This document shows, one piece after another, positions 24,535 to 27,804 of a DNA stretch of 27,804 bases. The stretch lies in NCBI GenBank assembly GCA_045046875.1, contig JASFYY010000145.1, positions 1 to 27,804 of the forward strand, written 5' to 3'. Position numbers and translations under genes: made by a program. Under the pieces are notes generated by a model. It saw nothing but the letters and a program-made list of their open reading frames with translations, did not search any database and was not told the DNA's origin. The DNA comes from Verrucomicrobiota bacterium (GTDB lineage: Bacteria > Verrucomicrobiota > Verrucomicrobiia > Verrucomicrobiales > DEV007). Each line of letters starts with the position of its first letter. Positions within the stretch are counted from its first letter, which is position 1.

Positions 24535-25308
24535 ATGAAAAAACTCCTAGTCCTCACTCTTCTTTTATTCGCCCCCTTGCTCACTGAAGCCGCGGAGCCC
24601 GAGCAAAAAAAAACCACTGGCCCGCACATCCTCTTCCTCATCGGCGAGCGTGAATACTTCACCGAAAAAAGTCTCACCAATTTTTACCAGAGCGATCTCA
24701 AACCGCTCGGCTACACCGCCACCTTCATCAAAGCTAAGTCCGACGAAGGCCCTGACCGCAATGATTTTCCCGGCCTGCTCAAAGCGATCAAATCCACCGA
24801 CATTCTCTTTGTCAGCGCCCGGCGGCGGGCTCCAAAAAAAGCCCAACTCGAAGCCATCCGCCGCCATCTCGATTCCGGCAAAGCTCTGCTCGGCATCCGC
24901 ACCACCTCGCACGCTTTTTCCCTGCGTGGCAAACCCACTCCCGAAGGCTGCGCCGTATGGGAAAATTTTGATCCCGAAGTCATCGGTGGCAATTACAACG
25001 GCCACTTCAACGACGACCCTTTTGACATCGTTCTCGGGCCGGGCAAGGATCACCCTATTCTCAAAGGCGTGAAACTCACCCAATCCGCCCGCCTCTACCG
25101 ATCCGGTCCGCTGAAATCAGGAACCACCAACCTACTGGTCAGCGTCGCCAAAAAAGACCAGCCCTCCGAACCGCTGGCGTGGACCCATCACTACGGAAAA
25201 AACCAAGCCAAAGTTTTTTACACCTCGCTGGGCATTGTCGAAGACTTCAAAAACCCCGCCTTCCGCAAGCTACTGACCAACGCCGTAGCCTGGGCTTCCA
25301 AGCCATGA
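24535..25308 (+). CDS. Secreted ThuA-like domain protein (class I glutamine amidotransferase-like fold)
   Basis: Signal peptide MKKLLVLTLLLFAPLLTEA; motifs GIRTTSHAF, GGNYNGH, HPILKGV, EPLAWT and VFYTSLG..DF. Confidence 0.85.
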   Translation: MKKLLVLTLLLFAPLLTEAAEPEQKKTTGPHILFLIGEREYFTEKSLTNFYQSDLKPLGYTATFIKAKSDEGPDRNDFPGLLKAIKSTDILFVSARRRAPKKAQLEAIRRHLDSGKALLGIRTTSHAFSLRGKPTPEGCAVWENFDPEVIGGNYNGHFNDDPFDIVLGPGKDHPILKGVKLTQSARLYRSGPLKSGTTNLLVSVAKKDQPSEPLAWTHHYGKNQAKVFYTSLGIVEDFKNPAFRKLLTNAVAWASKP

Positions 25309-25322
25309 ATCCCAGCTCCCCT

Positions 25323-25961
25323 TTACGGAGATAATCGCTCAATCCCCCAGTCCCCCGTTTCACCCTTTGTATATAAAAAGCGATCGTGGATCCGGCTCTC
25401 CCCCCCCTGCCAGAATTCCAACGACTGCGGCTCGATGCGAAACCCGCCCCAGAACGGTGGCAACGAGATATCCCCCTTGGTGAAACGTGCTTTGATCTCA
25501 GCCAGTTTACTCTCCAGAACCTGACGCGATGAAATCACCGAACTCTGCCGTGATATCCACGCCCCTAATTGACTGTCCTTCGGGCGCTTGAGAAAATATT
25601 TCAATGACTCCGCCGCCGATACCTTGACGGCCTCACCTTTGATAATCACCTGCCGCTGCAATGTCAGCCAGGGAAACAACATGCTCACTTTATTATTGGC
25701 AGAGATCTCCATCGCCTTGTTACTCTCGTAATTGGTGAAAAACACCAGGCCGTTCTGATCAAAATATTTCAATAACACCGTGCGCAAAGAAGGCTGACCG
25801 TCTGCGTTGACCGTCGCCAGACTAAAGGCATTGGGCTCATGCACATCCGCTTCGCAAGCCTGGTCAAACCAAAGCGAAAACTGTTCCCAGGCATCATCTT
25901 TCAGCGAAAAACGGCGCAGCTCCCCCTCACTGTAATCCAACCGCATATCTGATAAATCCAT
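25323..25961 (-). CDS. pdxH: Pyridoxine/pyridoxamine 5'-phosphate oxidase
   Basis: EPNAFSLAT, RTVLLK, FFTNYESNKA, YFLKRPKDSQLGAW, WGGFRI and EFWQG..RIHDRFLY..W..ERLSP. The start at 25961 follows GGAGGTG and overlaps the upstream stop (TGATG). Confidence 0.96.
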   Translation of the reverse strand: MDLSDMRLDYSEGELRRFSLKDDAWEQFSLWFDQACEADVHEPNAFSLATVNADGQPSLRTVLLKYFDQNGLVFFTNYESNKAMEISANNKVSMLFPWLTLQRQVIIKGEAVKVSAAESLKYFLKRPKDSQLGAWISRQSSVISSRQVLESKLAEIKARFTKGDISLPPFWGGFRIEPQSLEFWQGGESRIHDRFLYTKGETGDWGIERLSP

Positions 25962-27202
25962 CACTTCACCTCCTTTTTCCCGATACAATACAAGTGTTTA
26001 TCCCCACGCAGATAAAACTTCCCATCATAGACCGCAGGGGAAGCGTTGCTTGCTTCACCCAATTGATTCTGTGCAACCTGTTGATAACTCTTGCCCGGTT
26101 TCACCACCGTCATGATGCCTTTGTCCGAAAGAAAATACGCCAAACCATTGGCTGAGAGTAATGACGCACTGTGACGTTTGGGTAACTTTTTTTTCCACAA
26201 TTTCTCCCCACTGTCAGCGAGAAAACAACTCGCCACCCCCTTGTCGGATACCATCAATAAATACTCACCGACCAGCACCGGGCTCGGCACATAAGAACAA
26301 TCATCACTCGTTCTCCAGCTCACATGCGTAGCGGTTACATTGCCACTGCCGCGTGGATCGATGGACAACAAATGGCGCTCGGGGAAACCGCAGGTCATGA
26401 ACAGATTTTTGCCGTTATAAACCAGCGACGCCACATACTGCTCCGTCGGCCCGTCAATCACCCAATGCTGCTTACCACTATCAGGATCATAACTGGCCAC
26501 CGATTTGCTGCCAGACAGGATCAACTGGTTGCGCCCGTCGATGTTCCGGATAATCGGCGTGCAATAACTGCGGGTTTTATTCGGACGAGATGTTTTCCAA
26601 AGAATCTCGCCCGTGACTCGATCGAGAGCCACAATGTAAGCCTCTCCATCATGATCCCCATTGATGATCACCTTGTCCTTCCACAGCACTGGACTGGCGC
26701 AGTAGCCGTGCACACTGGAAAAGACCCCGGGATGTTTTTTCCAGAGCTGATTACCATCAAAATCATAAGCCGCGACAAACATTTTTTTATCATCCAAAAA
26801 ACTCACATAGACCCGTTCCCCGTCCGTCGCCGGAGTGCTCGACGCATAACTGTTAAGCGGATGGATGTGTTCGATGGGAGCCTTGATCACCGTCTTCTGC
26901 CATAACACCTTACCATCGCGCCGATCCAGACTGATCAATACCCGTTGTTCCGTTTCCTTCACCGCTTCGACTAGAAAAATCCGATCCTGCCAAATCACCG
27001 GCGACGCATGCCCCTTGCCCGGCAGCGCCGTTTTCCAAATCACATTTTCCGGCACACTCCATTTCACTGGAAGATCGGAACTCTCCTCCACCGTACCATC
27101 TCCCCTCGGCCCACGCCAGCCCGGCCAGTTCTCCGCCGCCGCAGGGAAAAACATCGCAACCCCACAAACCAGCTGAACAAGCAAAAACAAATATCTCTTC
27201 AT
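25961..27202 (-). CDS. PQQ-binding-like beta-propeller repeat protein, secreted
   Basis: Signal peptide MKRYLFLL..PAAA, then ENWPGWRGPRGDG, WKTALPGKGHASPV, YASSTPATDGERVY and repeated D..G...W tryptophan-docking motifs. The start at 27202 is preferred because the track start (27388) lies inside a terminator. Confidence 0.9.
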   Translation of the reverse strand: MKRYLFLLVQLVCGVAMFFPAAAENWPGWRGPRGDGTVEESSDLPVKWSVPENVIWKTALPGKGHASPVIWQDRIFLVEAVKETEQRVLISLDRRDGKVLWQKTVIKAPIEHIHPLNSYASSTPATDGERVYVSFLDDKKMFVAAYDFDGNQLWKKHPGVFSSVHGYCASPVLWKDKVIINGDHDGEAYIVALDRVTGEILWKTSRPNKTRSYCTPIIRNIDGRNQLILSGSKSVASYDPDSGKQHWVIDGPTEQYVASLVYNGKNLFMTCGFPERHLLSIDPRGSGNVTATHVSWRTSDDCSYVPSPVLVGEYLLMVSDKGVASCFLADSGEKLWKKKLPKRHSASLLSANGLAYFLSDKGIMTVVKPGKSYQQVAQNQLGEASNASPAVYDGKFYLRGDKHLYCIGKKEVK

Positions 27203-27241
27203 AATACAGGGAAAAAACATCATTATTTCAATAGAAGCAAC

Positions 27242-27277
27242 CACAATCACCGCCACCGCCACCGCCACCGCCATCGA
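27242..27277. repeat. Hexamer microsatellite (CACCGC)x4 with degenerate flanking units
   Basis: CACAAT, then CACCGC x4 (27248-27271), then CATCGA. Confidence 0.85.
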
Positions 27278-27366
27278 AGTCATAAGCCCCACCGAAACGT
27301 GACGTTCATTCCACCCAAAGAAATAACTACAATTTTGTCTTCCAAGGAACTCACTTGAGCCGTAGC

Positions 27367-27399
27367 AAAAAAAATCCGCAATATTCAAAAATATTGCGG
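27367..27399 (-). terminator. Rho-independent terminator downstream of the transposase-like gene
   Basis: The minus strand reads CCGCAATATT-TTTG-AATATTGCGG-A-TTTTTTTT: a perfect 10-bp stem plus U8, beginning 8 nt after the TAA stop. Confidence 0.88.
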
Positions 27400-27407
27400 T
27401 TTGCCAT

Positions 27408-27804
27408 TTAGTCTTGCCCGCGATATTCCACCACCTTATTCCTCAAATCCCGCAACACCCGTAACTCTCCCCACTGCGCCCCGTGCATCTTCCTACCCCC
27501 GTCCTTGCGTCGCTCTCCAAAAGACTCCCGTCTCCCCGCAAAAAACTCATCCACAAAGCCCTGACTCCCCAACACCGCCCCATCAGTAAAATACCGCACC
27601 CGACAGCGCAAAGCCGCCGCCAAAGGCAACTTGCCCCCCGCCTGCAACACCTCATCAATCTCCTCCCGCGTAAATCCCCCCTTCCGCCGATCCACTCCAT
27701 CCGGCGTAACCCCACCCAAGCGCTCCTCCCCCGTCCCATACAACAAACACCGATATTCCGCCTCCACCGTCCGCCAAGCCACCCTTTGCCGCCCCATCAC
27801 CGCA
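27408..27804 (-). mobile_element. C-terminal part of a probable REP-associated/IS200-like (Y1 HUH) transposase; 5' end outside the window
   Basis: LRCRVRYFTDGAVLGSQGFVDEFF..RESFGERRKDGGRKM..LRDLR matches my recollection of the C-terminus of verrucomicrobial Y1 transposases. The frame is open to the window edge. The catalytic HUH/Tyr motifs are not visible here. Confidence 0.65.

Noticed and set aside
20803..25083. Overlapping alternative ORFs, for example 20835-21479, 21780-22268, 22180-22752 and 24565-25083
   Set aside because: They overlap well-supported genes in other frames or strands and lack motifs.
25961..27202. Calling the beta-propeller bamB or a PQQ dehydrogenase linked to the PqqD-like domain
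   Set aside because: No convincing lipobox or catalytic features; this WPxWRGP family is highly paralogous in PVC genomes, and the shared PQQ name is coincidental.
27203..27388. 62-aa N-terminal extension of the PQQ protein in the ORF track
   Set aside because: It starts inside a terminator and runs through a microsatellite; a proper signal peptide begins at 27202.
1..27804. CRISPR array, tRNA, rRNA, ABC transporter or TolC gene
   Set aside because: None was recognised by eye. The repeats found are 6-8 bp tandem units without spacers. TolC or ABC genes could lie outside the window.

Overview
Bacterial DNA, most likely PVC superphylum (Verrucomicrobia-like; inferred from gene content). The left half holds one uninterrupted minus-strand ORF that the ORF track misses because it has no stop in the window (ATG at 14201, running off base 1; at least 4733 codons). 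It encodes a giant LEPR-XLL-leader exoprotein with six flagellin-IN-like repeats, two phage/virus structural-protein-like repeats, a basic insert, RTX-like nonapeptides, a Tyr/Trp-rich segment and beta-helix repeats. Upstream on the same strand are three genes: a GAF + HlyD-type membrane fusion protein, a PqqD/RRE-like + M50 peptidase + HlyD fusion, and a C-terminally truncated SecA-like ATPase. Together they look like a dedicated, experimentally uncharacterised export system in which type I-like adaptors are powered by a SecA motor; no ABC ATPase or TolC is in view. The right part holds ordinary genes: a ceramidase-like hydrolase, a Tat-exported sugar epimerase, a GreA-like protein, thrH, a ThuA-domain protein, pdxH, a PQQ beta-propeller and the 3' end of a probable RAYT/Y1-type transposase. 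Short intergenic tandem repeats and hairpins also occur. All domain calls come from hand translation and motif recognition; no searches were run.
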